A stretch of 64,000 nt of DNA from Myxococcota bacterium (GTDB lineage: Bacteria > Myxococcota_A > UBA9160 > SZUA-336), in NCBI GenBank assembly GCA_965247115.1, contig CBDFGR010000002.1, forward strand, positions 544,001-608,000. Direction: 5' to 3'. The position numbers were made by a program, and so were the translations under genes. Shown here piece by piece: positions 18,090 to 28,267 of this stretch (its first letter is position 1; each line of letters opens with the position of its first letter). Under the pieces are notes generated by a model. It saw only the letters and a program-made list of their open reading frames with translations, made no database searches and was not told where the DNA came from.

Positions 18090-21000
18090 GAGTGGGTGCT
18101 CTCCAGGCGCTCGGCATGCGCGGTCGCGCCGAGCTCCTGGTAGAGCCGCTGTGCCTCGCGTAGCTCGCGCTCGGAGTCGGCAGCGCCCCGAGTACGCAAC
18201 AAGCGCGCGAATTCCTCGCGAACGAAGGGCATGAAGATGTGAGCGCCGCTCTCAGCGATGGCGGTTCTGGCCTGCCGAAGCTGTGACTCGATCTCGGACG
18301 CCGCGGTACGTCCATCCGTTGTCAGCAGGACGCGGGCCAAGACGATGCGAGGTTCGATGCTCCACTTGGTCTGCACTCGTTCCTCGAGTCGGTCGGTGGC
18401 CCGCTCGGCCATCGCTCTGGCCTTGTCGAGATCGTCGCGCAGCAGGTACGCCTGTGCGAGCTGTCCCTGCCGGAGCGCCTCGAACTCCTGAAAGACCTGC
18501 TCTCTCGTACCGAGCTCGAGCGCCTCTGTCAGTGTCTGGATGGCGAGGTCCGCCTGCCCCTCCAGAAGCTGAGCTCCGCCAACCCAGCCGAGAGCGGCCA
18601 CACGCCCGCCCACGTTCCCGGTCCTCTCGGCGTTCCTCAGTCCTTCCTGGCTGTAGGAGAGCGCGCGGGGTCGGTCGCCCATCAGGATCGCAAACCTCGC
18701 GCAGGTGCCCCTCGCTTGCCCCGCAGCGCGCTCCCCCGGTCGGGCGAGCCTAAGCACCTGCTCCAGCTCTTCGAGTCCCTCGCGAGGACTCCCGTGCAGA
18801 CACAGATACCAGCCCCGCAGGTATCTCAGGATCAGGTAGGGGTCCTCGCCGCGCGGATCGGTCCGGTCTCGCGGATCCGTCGGGAGTCGGGCCAGTGCAC
18901 CCTCGAGCGTCTCCAGCGAGTCCTGCAAGCGCAGCTGGTTGGCCGCCACGATACAGGCCGTCGAGGCCGAGACGCCCGGCTCGTCGAGCTGCGCGGCGAT
19001 GGGCAAGATCGACTGCACCTGAGCTTGCGCCCCCTTGGGACGACCGCGATCGATGAGCCTGTAGTAGTAGCCGGTCTCGAGTCGCCACTGCGCCGGCAGG
19101 TCGCCTCGCCTGCGCGCCAGCAGCTTCGCGTCCGCGTAGAGCCGCTCCGTCTCTTCTGGCGATATTCCGATGCGGAAGCTGTACGAGACGATCTGCGTCT
19201 GGGCCTCCAGAGCCAGCGCCTCGGTCTCCGTCGACTCCGGCACATCTCTAAGGAGGTCGAGGACGGACCTCCAGTGCTGGGCCGTCTCCGACACCGTTCT
19301 CCAGCCGATCCAGTCCGCTGCCCGTCGATGCCAGCGGGCCGCCTCGAGCGGTGTGCCCGATCGCTCCCAGTGCTGTGCGATCAGAGCGGCTTGCTCGTCG
19401 CGGGTCTCGGCGCTGTACGCTTGGAGCGCTCGCGCGACTCCCGCATGGATGGGGCGCCTCTTCTCCAGGAGCTGCGACTCGAAGGCGACCTGCTCGGTCA
19501 GTGGGTGTCGAAAGGCGTACTCCGTATCGGGGTAGAGCGCCCGCTCGTACAAGAAGTTGGTCGCCTTCAAGGTCTCGAGTGCAGCTCCCAGCTCGCTGGC
19601 GGGAAGGGTCGACACCGCCGCGAGGATGGGCTCGGTGAACACGCGCCCGATGACCGCTGCCGTCTGCAACACTTGCTTCTCGCGGTCGGGCAAGCGATCG
19701 ATGCGCGCGGCCAGCACCGCCTGCACCGTCGCGGGCACTTCGAGACGCTCCACAGGAGTCACGAGCCGGTATGCACCATCCGAACCTTCGAGCTGCTTGG
19801 AGTCCGCTAGCGAGCGCACGAGCTCCTCGGTAAAGAAGGGATTCCCCTCGGTCCGCTCGTGAACGAGCGCGGGCAGCGCCTGTAGGGAAGCGTCGTTGCC
19901 GAGAAGATCGCTCAGCAGCTCGGCGACGGCCTGCGGCGAGAGCGGTACCAGGGGAAGCTGCTGGTAGCTAGCGCCAGACATCCACTCCGCGCCGTACTCG
20001 GGACGGAAGTTCACGAGCAGCAGGATCCTGGTCCCGCTCACGGCCTCGACGATCTGCGCCAGAAAAGCGTCGCTCGCCGAGTCGATCCAGTGCAGATCGT
20101 CGAAGAAGAGGACGATCGGCTCGCGCTCGCTCAGCGCTTGCACCAGACGCCGGACGAAGGTGAAGCTCTGCCGTTGCTGCGCGCCAGGGTTCTCGGGATC
20201 GTCCCGCAGGACCGCGCGTTCGGGCTCGCGAACCCCAAGGAATCCGAACACCAGCGGCAGTCGCTCCTGGAACTGCGGGTCCAGAAGCACGAGTCTCCCC
20301 GCGATCTTCTCGCGGGCTGCGGACGGATCGTCGTGCTCCTCGATCCCGATGATGCCGCGCAGGAGCTGCAGCAGAGGCAGAAACGGAACGGTCTTTCCGT
20401 GGGACGGACAGTGGGCGGAGTAGACGGCGATTCCCTTTGCGCGGCAGGTGCGCACGAACTCGTCGCAGAGCCGACTCTTGCCCAGTCCGGCCTCGCCGCG
20501 CACACCCACGACCCGGCCCTGGCCTTCTATCGCCCGCTGGAGCGCCGCATCCAGCGTGGCCATCTCCTCGTCGCGCCCCACGAAGCGCGAGAAGCCGCGG
20601 GAACGAGCGAGGTCGAGCCGGGTTCGCGCCTCGCCCACGCCCTCGAGCTCGTAGATCGCGAGCGCGTCGTCCGTCCCTGCGAGCTTTGACTTGCCAAGGT
20701 CGCGCAGCTCGAAGAAACCCTCGACGAGCCTGGCGGTGTGCTGCGTCAGGTAGACGCGTCCGGGCTCCGCGAGACGCTCGACGCGGGCGGCCAGTCCGAC
20801 CGTGTGTCCCTGCGCAGTGTAGTCCATGCGCAGGTCGTCCCCGATCTTTCCCACCACGACCTCACCGGAGTTGAGTCCGACTCGCACCGCGAAGCTGAGC
20901 CCTCGCTCGACGCGCAGCTCGTCGGCGTAGCGCCGCAGCTCGGCGCGCAGATGGAGCGACGCGTAGCAGGCCCGCTGCGCGTGATCCTCGTGGGCGATGG

Positions 21001-21442
21001 GCGCGCCGAAGAGCGCCATGATGCCGTCGCCCGTGTACTGATTCACGCTCCCCTCGAAGCGGTGCACGCCGTCGGTCAGGATCTGGAAGAAGCGGTCGAG
21101 AATCACGTGCCACTGCTCTGGATCGACCTGGCCCGACAGCTCGACCGAGCCCTTCACGTCTGCGAAGAGCACCGTCACCTGTTTGCGCTCGCCCTCGAGT
21201 GCGGACTTGGACTGGAGGATCTTGTCGGCGAGGTGCCTCGGCGTGTATGCGCGAGGGTCGCGTTCGGGCCCTGACGAGGCTGCACCGGTCAGCGGGCGTG
21301 CACACTCACCGCAGAACTTGAAACCTGGCGGGTTCTCGAAGCCGCAGCCGGGACAGCCCGCCAGGGCCTGAAGCGGCTGCGCACAGTTCCCGCAGAACTT
21401 GATTCCAGCAGGATTCTCGAAGCCGCAGGCCGGGCAGCTCAC
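18086..21442 (-). CDS. Adenylate/guanylate cyclase with double zinc ribbon, AAA ATPase and TPR-like domains
   Basis: CPACG...CGNC/CPGCG...CGEC; VLFADVKGS and YTGDG cyclase motifs; GEAGLGKS Walker A; FDDLHWID Walker B. Confidence 0.9.
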   Translation of the reverse strand: MSCPACGFENPAGIKFCGNCAQPLQALAGCPGCGFENPPGFKFCGECARPLTGAASSGPERDPRAYTPRHLADKILQSKSALEGERKQVTVLFADVKGSVELSGQVDPEQWHVILDRFFQILTDGVHRFEGSVNQYTGDGIMALFGAPIAHEDHAQRACYASLHLRAELRRYADELRVERGLSFAVRVGLNSGEVVVGKIGDDLRMDYTAQGHTVGLAARVERLAEPGRVYLTQHTARLVEGFFELRDLGKSKLAGTDDALAIYELEGVGEARTRLDLARSRGFSRFVGRDEEMATLDAALQRAIEGQGRVVGVRGEAGLGKSRLCDEFVRTCRAKGIAVYSAHCPSHGKTVPFLPLLQLLRGIIGIEEHDDPSAAREKIAGRLVLLDPQFQERLPLVFGFLGVREPERAVLRDDPENPGAQQRQSFTFVRRLVQALSEREPIVLFFDDLHWIDSASDAFLAQIVEAVSGTRILLLVNFRPEYGAEWMSGASYQQLPLVPLSPQAVAELLSDLLGNDASLQALPALVHERTEGNPFFTEELVRSLADSKQLEGSDGAYRLVTPVERLEVPATVQAVLAARIDRLPDREKQVLQTAAVIGRVFTEPILAAVSTLPASELGAALETLKATNFLYERALYPDTEYAFRHPLTEQVAFESQLLEKRRPIHAGVARALQAYSAETRDEQAALIAQHWERSGTPLEAARWHRRAADWIGWRTVSETAQHWRSVLDLLRDVPESTETEALALEAQTQIVSYSFRIGISPEETERLYADAKLLARRRGDLPAQWRLETGYYYRLIDRGRPKGAQAQVQSILPIAAQLDEPGVSASTACIVAANQLRLQDSLETLEGALARLPTDPRDRTDPRGEDPYLILRYLRGWYLCLHGSPREGLEELEQVLRLARPGERAAGQARGTCARFAILMGDRPRALSYSQEGLRNAERTGNVGGRVAALGWVGGAQLLEGQADLAIQTLTEALELGTREQVFQEFEALRQGQLAQAYLLRDDLDKARAMAERATDRLEERVQTKWSIEPRIVLARVLLTTDGRTAASEIESQLRQARTAIAESGAHIFMPFVREEFARLLRTRGAADSERELREAQRLYQELGATAHAERLESTHS

Positions 21443-21482
21443 AGCTCGAGCTCTCGCATCACCCGCTCAGCCCTCGAGCTGT

Positions 21483-21869
21483 CTAGAGATAGGTCGCGAT
21501 CGCCCAGATTGCGGCGACCAGGACGACGAGCGAGGTAGCGCCCGCACCGATTGCCCGGAGTGGGGGGGCCGTGGTATCGGGCTTCAGTCCCAGAGGATGG
21601 GCGATGCGTGCCAGGAGAAGCGTCGCCCCGAAGACGTGGAGCGCCGTGCCCGAGACGCCGTTCAGCTCGAGGACGCCGATCAGGATGAGCGCGAGCGGAA
21701 CCCACTCGGAGAAGTTTCCGTGGCGACGAAAGGCCACAAGCTGCTGGGGGTTGTCTCCAGCTCCCAGCGAGACTCCTGTCTTTACCCGCAGAAAGCCGGA
21801 ACCAGCTGCCAGGACCAGTCCGACCAGTGCGAGAAGGCCGGCATAGAGAGCCGTGATCGGCACGAGCAT
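21483..21869 (-). CDS. MAPEG family membrane protein
   Basis: ITALYAGLL, RRHGNFSEWVP, ARIAHPLG. Confidence 0.88.
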   Translation of the reverse strand: MLVPITALYAGLLALVGLVLAAGSGFLRVKTGVSLGAGDNPQQLVAFRRHGNFSEWVPLALILIGVLELNGVSGTALHVFGATLLLARIAHPLGLKPDTTAPPLRAIGAGATSLVVLVAAIWAIATYL

Positions 21870-22042
21870 GAGATCCTCCTCCAGACGTATCCGGTAGTTG
21901 CCGAGCGATCCTCGTCGGGCTCAATTGTGACACGAATCCTGGCAGGTGAGCTGCGAAGCGGGGAGCACAGCAACGCGCGCGCAGAGCTCTCGCCCTTTGG
22001 CGGGCTCGGGGTAGAATCTCGTGCACATCAGGGAGGTGCCTC

Positions 22043-23314
22043 ATGCCTGAGCCGCTCGAGGGGCTTCGCGTAGTCGAGCTGGGAACCGCGCTCCAGGGAC
22101 CCGCCGCGGCCCTGTTCCTGTCCGACATGGGGGCGGAGGTCATCAAGATCGAGCCGCCCACCGGAGAGGCAAGTCGGGTGCATCGCGGAGCGAACGTGCC
22201 GTTTCCCCAGGAAGCGCACAGCTCGTTGTTCGTGGCCGCAAATCGCGGCAAGAAGTCGCTCTGGCTGGACGCGAACGGCGAGCGCGGTCGCGCGACCCTA
22301 TACCGACTGCTCGAGACGGCCGACGTGTTCGTGTCCAACTACCGGCAGTCCGCCCTGGATCGTATGGGCTACGGCTACGAGACCCTGCGCGAGCTCAACC
22401 CGCGGCTGATCTACTCGGTGGTGAACGGCTTCGGGCCAAACGGCGCGTTGGTCGACAAGGCGATGGTGGATGGAGCTGCACAGGCGCGGGGCGGGCTCAT
22501 GAGCCTGACGGGTCGTCCAGACGGAGGGCCCACGATCGCGGGCGCGGCGATCGCGGACACCTCGGGCGCCATGCAGTTCGCCCTGGGGATCATGACGGCG
22601 CTGGTCGCGCGCGAGCGCCATGGCGTGGGGCAGAAGGTGAACACGTCCGGCTACGGCGCGCAGATCTGGCTGCAGATGTGGGAGCTCACGCACTCGTCCA
22701 TGACGGGCAAGGCGCTCTCGCGAGACGGCGACCACCTCATGAACATCCCTGGCATGTACGGCATCTACGAGACGAAGGGTGGAGAGTTCCTGTTCCTGGC
22801 CTTCCCGCTCGACAAAGCCTCGTGGCTGGCGCTGTGTGGCTTCCTCGACGAGCCTGAGCTCGCTGCCGATCCGCGCTGGCACAGCACGGCGCTGCGTATC
22901 GGCATGTCCGATCCGGACGAGCACTACGACCATCTGCGGGAGAGGCTCACGGCGGCTTTCCTCCGCAAGCCCATGAAGGAGTGCGAGGAGTTCCTCGACT
23001 CCGAGCCCGAAGTCATCTGGAACCGGGTGCTCGGGCACGACGAGGTCATCAACGACCCCCAGGCCCTCGCCAACGACTACTTCGTCGACATGGAGATCTC
23101 CGGGGTGGGCCCGACCCGGGTCGTGGGCAACCTGGTCCACCTGAGCGAGACGCCGGGATCCGCGAAGGGACCCAGCTCCGAACAGGGGCAGCACACCGAG
23201 GAGATCCTGCTCGAGCTCGGCTACTCGTGGGACGAGATCACGGCCCTGAACGAGGAGACACAGGCGGGCATACGCCGCGCCTTCGTCAAGGCCGGCATCG
23301 AGCCTCCCGCCTGA
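22043..23314 (+). CDS. CoA transferase family III (CaiB/BaiF)
   Basis: PLEGLRVVEL, GAEVIKIEPP, NRGKKS, NPRLIY. Confidence 0.9.
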   Translation: MPEPLEGLRVVELGTALQGPAAALFLSDMGAEVIKIEPPTGEASRVHRGANVPFPQEAHSSLFVAANRGKKSLWLDANGERGRATLYRLLETADVFVSNYRQSALDRMGYGYETLRELNPRLIYSVVNGFGPNGALVDKAMVDGAAQARGGLMSLTGRPDGGPTIAGAAIADTSGAMQFALGIMTALVARERHGVGQKVNTSGYGAQIWLQMWELTHSSMTGKALSRDGDHLMNIPGMYGIYETKGGEFLFLAFPLDKASWLALCGFLDEPELAADPRWHSTALRIGMSDPDEHYDHLRERLTAAFLRKPMKECEEFLDSEPEVIWNRVLGHDEVINDPQALANDYFVDMEISGVGPTRVVGNLVHLSETPGSAKGPSSEQGQHTEEILLELGYSWDEITALNEETQAGIRRAFVKAGIEPPA

Positions 23315-23353
23315 TACTCGCCAGCGCGAAGTGCGAGCGCAGCGAGGACCGGG

Positions 23354-24463
23354 TCAGGACTCGAAGAGGGCCTCGGGCAGCAGCGCCGAGACAACGTAGT
23401 TCGGCACGTCGACCACGTTGCTCACGCGCAGGTCGCATGCCACGCTGCAGATGATGTAGGCCTGCTCGCGAGTCCAGCCCCTCTCCTGCAGCAGGTCCAG
23501 CATGTTCAGGAGCGCATTGCGACAGGCGAGTGTGAGGTTCTCGCCTTCGTTCACGCCCTCATCCGTGATCGGCATGCCCATGGCGGCGACGAACCCTCTC
23601 GGCGCAGCCCACTCGGGCGGCGCGAAGTAGCCCGGGTGCGAGAAGCGCGGGCCCCGCATGCTTCGAGCGCCTGGCGCGTCTTTCACGACGCGAAAGCGGA
23701 GCGCCACCGTGGCGCCGATCTCGACGGCCATGACGCACACCTCCCCGTCGCCCTGAGCGAAGTGGGCATCGCCCGTGGAGAAGAGCGCGCCCTCCACGGA
23801 CACGGGCAGCAGCAGCTTCGCCCCCTTGGTGAGCTGCTTGACGTCGAAGTTGCCCCCGTTCTCGCGGGGCGGCAGCGTGCGCAACCCCTCGCTCGCAGGG
23901 CGCCCGTGACTCGGGACGGCGCCTGCCGGGTCAGGAAGAAGTGCCACACCCCCGCGTTCCGTCAGCTCCCGCTCGCGCTCTGTCCATGCCCCGACCTCCG
24001 CGTGAGAAGGCGAGACGGCGGAGATCCCCATGAACGGAGCACCCGGGATCCGCACACCCGCTAGCTGCGCAGACGTGGCCCATCCGTCGCTGATGCTCCA
24101 GTGGACGAGGAAGGGCGTCGTGCACACATCGCGCAGGAACCCGAAGCCCGGGAGGATCGCGCTGACACCGCGCGGCTCCGGAACGATGTCGAGAAACTCC
24201 ACCTCGAGCAGATCGCCCGGCTGTGCCCCCTTCACGAACACAGGCCCGGTGAGCGGGTGGACGACGTCGGCGTCAAAGTCGGACAGATCTGCCACGGTCG
24301 CGGTTGAGGCGAGTTGACCGTCGATCGCGTCCCGGGTTTCGAGCACGACCTCCTCGCCCTCGTCCACTTCGAGGATGGGCGAAATCTCCGGGTGATAGCG
24401 GTTGTGCCCGGTCGACGGCTCATCGCGAAGTGCCTTCCCCCGGTCGATCTCGATGCTCTTCAT
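23354..24463 (-). CDS. Acetamidase/formamidase family protein
   Basis: GHNRYHP, HPLTGP, PRENGGNFD, GDAHFAQGDGEV, VVDVPN. Confidence 0.9.
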   Translation of the reverse strand: MKSIEIDRGKALRDEPSTGHNRYHPEISPILEVDEGEEVVLETRDAIDGQLASTATVADLSDFDADVVHPLTGPVFVKGAQPGDLLEVEFLDIVPEPRGVSAILPGFGFLRDVCTTPFLVHWSISDGWATSAQLAGVRIPGAPFMGISAVSPSHAEVGAWTERERELTERGGVALLPDPAGAVPSHGRPASEGLRTLPPRENGGNFDVKQLTKGAKLLLPVSVEGALFSTGDAHFAQGDGEVCVMAVEIGATVALRFRVVKDAPGARSMRGPRFSHPGYFAPPEWAAPRGFVAAMGMPITDEGVNEGENLTLACRNALLNMLDLLQERGWTREQAYIICSVACDLRVSNVVDVPNYVVSALLPEALFES

Positions 24464-24560
24464 CTGGCTCTCCCTTGTCGCCGCGCAGCTGGCGAGCTCC
24501 GCGCGCTCGACCCAGCGGGAGGTAGACGTGAACCTTCCGCCGCAGCTAGGGTACCAGGCC

Positions 24561-25292
24561 ATGAGCAAGGGCATCTATGCGGCGTATGCGGCGCTGTGCT
24601 ACGTCGTCTTCTTGGGCACGTTCCTCTATCTGGTCGGCTTCGTGCTCGATCTCGGCGTGCCAAAGACCATCGATTCGGGGGCCGCTGGCTCGGTCGGAGC
24701 CGCTCTCGTCGTCGATTCGCTCCTCGTCCTCCTCTTCGGCCTTCAGCACACGGTGATGGCGCGGCCTCGCTTCAAGGCTGCGTGGGTCCGCCTCATCCCC
24801 CAGCCGATCGAGCGCAGCACCTATGTGCTCGCGAGCAACCTGGTGCTGATCCTCTTGTTCTGGCTATGGCGTCCGATTCCCGTCACGCTCTGGGCGGTCG
24901 AGTCACCTGCTCTTGGGGTGGTCCTGACCGGGATCGCGCTGATCGGGTTCGGGATCGCCGTCTACTCGACCTTCCTGATCGACCACTTCGACCTCTTGGG
25001 CCTGCGTCAGGTGGCAGGGCACCTGCGCGGCCAGACCCCTTCCGGGAAGGGGTTCCGGACCCCGAGCCTGTACAGGCTCGTGCGCCACCCGCTCTACCTC
25101 GGCTTCTTGATCGCGTTCTGGCTGACGCCGCACATGACGGTCGGACACTTCCTGTTCTCGGCTCTGAACACGGCCTACATCTTCATCGGGATTCCGTTCG
25201 AGGAGCGCGACCTCGCTCGAACTCTCGGAGACGACTACATCCGCTACCGCGAGAAGGTGCCGATGGTCCTCCCGCTTCCCAGGCGCGGCTGA
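24561..25292 (+). CDS. mddA: Methanethiol S-methyltransferase (MddA-like, ICMT family)
   Basis: VPKTIDSG, FGLQHTVMARPRFK, ERSTYVL, STFLIDHFDLLGLRQV, YRLVRHPLYLGF, EERDL. Confidence 0.75.
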   Translation: MSKGIYAAYAALCYVVFLGTFLYLVGFVLDLGVPKTIDSGAAGSVGAALVVDSLLVLLFGLQHTVMARPRFKAAWVRLIPQPIERSTYVLASNLVLILLFWLWRPIPVTLWAVESPALGVVLTGIALIGFGIAVYSTFLIDHFDLLGLRQVAGHLRGQTPSGKGFRTPSLYRLVRHPLYLGFLIAFWLTPHMTVGHFLFSALNTAYIFIGIPFEERDLARTLGDDYIRYREKVPMVLPLPRRG

Positions 25293-25355
25293 GGCCTTCT
25301 CGGCACGATTGCTCGCGTACCCGCGATCGCTGGAACGACGCCGCCTGTTCCTGGA

Positions 25356-25619
25356 CTAGAAGCGCACCGCGAAGCCGTTGGGGGTGGTCCGCACGACTTC
25401 AGCCGACAGATCGACGGAGCGCATCTTCTGCCCCTCGGTCCAGTAGAAGATCGTGAGGCCCATCCGCTCGCCCGGATATGCGGAGGTCGACGATGGCTCG
25501 ATCAGCGCGCCCGACATGGAGATGTTCGCAACGGCACCTCCGCCTTCGAGCTCATGTCCACAGTAGGCAACTACCGCCCGCATCTTGTGACGCGGACGGA
25601 CACCTTGGTTGCTCGTCAT
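25356..25619 (-). CDS. Single-domain PilZ protein
   Basis: N-terminal RPRH (degenerate RxxxR), NISMSGALI, AEVVRT...GFAVRF. Confidence 0.7.
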   Translation of the reverse strand: MTSNQGVRPRHKMRAVVAYCGHELEGGGAVANISMSGALIEPSSTSAYPGERMGLTIFYWTEGQKMRSVDLSAEVVRTTPNGFAVRF

Positions 25620-25682
25620 AGGTCTCCCCTCGCACCTTATCGGTGGTGCCAGGGGGCGACTTTAAGCGACCTTTGAGACAGT

Positions 25683-26558
25683 CTAGGCCAGGGAGCTCAG
25701 CTGGCGCATGTAGCGGCGGTCGCTCGCGTCGAAGCGATCGCGGCGGTGCATGCCGCCGAGAGCATCGAACAGGATCAGGTCCCCGACCTGCCAGTCGTGA
25801 CGGTAGATGAACTCCTCCTGGGTCGAGTGCTCGAAGAGTTCCCCCAGCAGGGCGGCGCTCTCGTCCTCCGGGACGTCGAGGATCCAGCGTGTATTCGCGG
25901 GGCTCACGTAGAGCGCCTCGCGGCCCGTCTCGGGATGGCGCATGACCACCGGCCGGACGTACTCGGGAAGCGGCGGGCGCTCGATGGCCGCTTTGGCATC
26001 GCGCTCCTTCTTGAGACGCCCCGCCTCCTCGATCTGCGCTCGGTCCTCGGCGCCCATCACGAACTCGCGAAGGTCGTGATGGGCGCGCATACCGCGGAGC
26101 TGCTTGACTCGCTCGTCCGGCAAGGTCTCGAGCGCCCGATACATGTCGCAGAAGTGGGTGCTGCTCGGGGCCCGCGGCAGCTCGACGGCATCGAGGAAGC
26201 TCTCCTTCGCCACGCGGTCCAGGTACGAGTAATCCAGGTGCCAGGGGAACTCGACCGCCGCGCCCGTTCCCAGCGGGTACCCCTGCTCGTCCTCCAGGTT
26301 CGTGATCGGCAGGATCTCGGGATACTCGGCGGGGTCGCGCAGGAAGTCGGTGCCCACGATCAGGTCGCCAAAGTTCCTGGCAAAGCGCACGAACTCGGGA
26401 CCCGTCGGGGGGACATGGCCGCGAAACAGCAGCACCAGGTGCTCCCGAAGGGCCTGCTTGAGCTGCTCGATTACGTCTGACGGGACGTCTTGCGTCAGAT
26501 CCACCCCGCGGACCTCGGCACCCCGGGGCTGTGCCAGCGGCTTGATCTCGACGGTCAT
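25683..26558 (-). CDS. TauD/TfdA family Fe(II)/2-oxoglutarate dioxygenase
   Basis: GAEVRGVDL, WHLDYSY (HxD), HPETGR, WQVGDL...MHRR. Confidence 0.88.
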   Translation of the reverse strand: MTVEIKPLAQPRGAEVRGVDLTQDVPSDVIEQLKQALREHLVLLFRGHVPPTGPEFVRFARNFGDLIVGTDFLRDPAEYPEILPITNLEDEQGYPLGTGAAVEFPWHLDYSYLDRVAKESFLDAVELPRAPSSTHFCDMYRALETLPDERVKQLRGMRAHHDLREFVMGAEDRAQIEEAGRLKKERDAKAAIERPPLPEYVRPVVMRHPETGREALYVSPANTRWILDVPEDESAALLGELFEHSTQEEFIYRHDWQVGDLILFDALGGMHRRDRFDASDRRYMRQLSSLA

Positions 26559-26726
26559 TCGCACACGCTCCGACTTGGCTGTGGACTAGTGTATAGCAGC
26601 GGCAAGAGGCGGGCGAATGATCGTGCTATCGCGCCGCGCTCGGGCAACGGGCCGGAGATCGCCGTGCGCGCAGACTACACTCACCATCGGAGTGGGAGAC
26701 ACAGCGACACACGCAGGCACCGTGTC

Positions 26727-28094
26727 TTGATCCAGTCCCGAGAGCGCGTACCCCTGGGGACACTGGTCATCTACGCGCTGCCCACCGCGTCATTCGGCTT
26801 CATGGGCGGGCTCATCTCGATGTACCTGCTCAAGTTCTCGACGGACGTGTTGCTGATCGCGCCCGCGGTGATGGGCCTCTGGTTCGGGTTGTCACGCCTC
26901 TGGGATGCGGTCTCGGACCCGCTCGTGGGCTACTGGAGCGACCGGACAAAGACCCGCCTCGGCCGCCGGCGTCCCTGGATGATCGCGGCCGTGCTACCGC
27001 TCGGGCTGCTCTTCGTCGCGTTGTGGAGCCCGCCGGTTACCCTCACGGGGAACTTGCTCGCGGTCTGGACAGGCGGGGCGATCATCCTCTTCTACACCGC
27101 CCAGACCGCGCTCGGCATCCCGCACCTTGCCCTGGGAGCGGAGCTCACGCTCGATTACCACGATCGTTCGCGGGTCTTCGGCGCGAGGATGATCCTGGAG
27201 TTCACGGGCGTCATCCTTGCCGCCAGCTCGCTCGTGCTGCTCGAGAGGGCCAGCGACCAGCGCACGATCGCGACCGAGCTCGCGATCGCCGGCGCGGTCC
27301 TGACCATGGGACTCGTCCTGCTCACCGCCACCCGGATCCGCGAGCGGCCGGAATACCAGGGCCGCGGAGCGACGGGCTCGTATGGCGCGTTTCGAGACGT
27401 GCTGCGCAATCCCCACGCGCGCCTTCTCGTGGTCGTCTTTCTGCTGGATCAGCTTGGCTTCTCCGCGCTGATCACGCTCCTCCCCTACACGAGCCAGTAC
27501 ATCCTGCAGGAGACGGGGATGACCGGGATCTTCGTCGGGGCATCGATCGTCTCCGCCCTGGTCGCATACCCGATCTGGTTCCCGCTCGCGCGGCGCTACG
27601 GCAAGCGCAATCCGTGGATCGTCGCGACCGTGATCAAGGCAGGCGCGTTCGGCTGCATGTTCTTCCTGCAGCCGGGCAACTGGGAGCTGATCATCGCGCT
27701 GATCGTGGTGATCGGCGCGGTCCAGGGCGCGGGCAACATCCTCGGACCGTCGATCAAGGCCGACGTCGTCGACTACGACGAGTACCAGACCGGCGAACGC
27801 AAGGAGGGCTCGTACTTCGCGATCTGGAACGTGGCCACGAAGGCAGCAGCCGGCGTGGCAATCGCGCTCACCGGCTTCGTTCTGAGCGCGGCCGGGTTCC
27901 GGCCGAACCTCGAGCAGAGCGAGACCACGCTGCTGTCCATGCGCCTGCTCTTCTCGGCCTTCCCCTGCCTGCTGAACCTGACGACCGCGCTGCTACTGGT
28001 GCGCTTCAGCCTGAACGAGCGCGAGCACGCCCGCATCCGCGCCGCCCTCGATGCCAGGTCAGGCATATCCCAGGGGGCAGGCGATCACGGGTAA
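26727..28094 (+). CDS. MFS transporter, GPH (glycoside-pentoside-hexuronide) family
   Basis: WDAVSDPLVGYWSDRT...GRRRPW; ADVVDYDEYQTGERKEG; start (TTG) approximate. Confidence 0.85.
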   Translation: MIQSRERVPLGTLVIYALPTASFGFMGGLISMYLLKFSTDVLLIAPAVMGLWFGLSRLWDAVSDPLVGYWSDRTKTRLGRRRPWMIAAVLPLGLLFVALWSPPVTLTGNLLAVWTGGAIILFYTAQTALGIPHLALGAELTLDYHDRSRVFGARMILEFTGVILAASSLVLLERASDQRTIATELAIAGAVLTMGLVLLTATRIRERPEYQGRGATGSYGAFRDVLRNPHARLLVVVFLLDQLGFSALITLLPYTSQYILQETGMTGIFVGASIVSALVAYPIWFPLARRYGKRNPWIVATVIKAGAFGCMFFLQPGNWELIIALIVVIGAVQGAGNILGPSIKADVVDYDEYQTGERKEGSYFAIWNVATKAAAGVAIALTGFVLSAAGFRPNLEQSETTLLSMRLLFSAFPCLLNLTTALLLVRFSLNEREHARIRAALDARSGISQGAGDHG

Positions 28095-28267
28095 GATCCC
28101 GTCAGAAGGAGCCCGTCGGAGGATCTCGTGTGCCTTCGCGACGTCCATGAATACGCCGGCGCCTCGGTCGCCGCCATCTAGACGATGCGTCTCCCCGCAG
28201 GTTACTCTTGACCCGGAGACGAGGCGGCAGGCTTCGTGGTGGGCCTTCCCTGCCGAGAGGAGCTCGA

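Noticed and set aside
21300..21440. Tandem nucleotide repeat
   Set aside because: Explained by the double zinc ribbon of the cyclase
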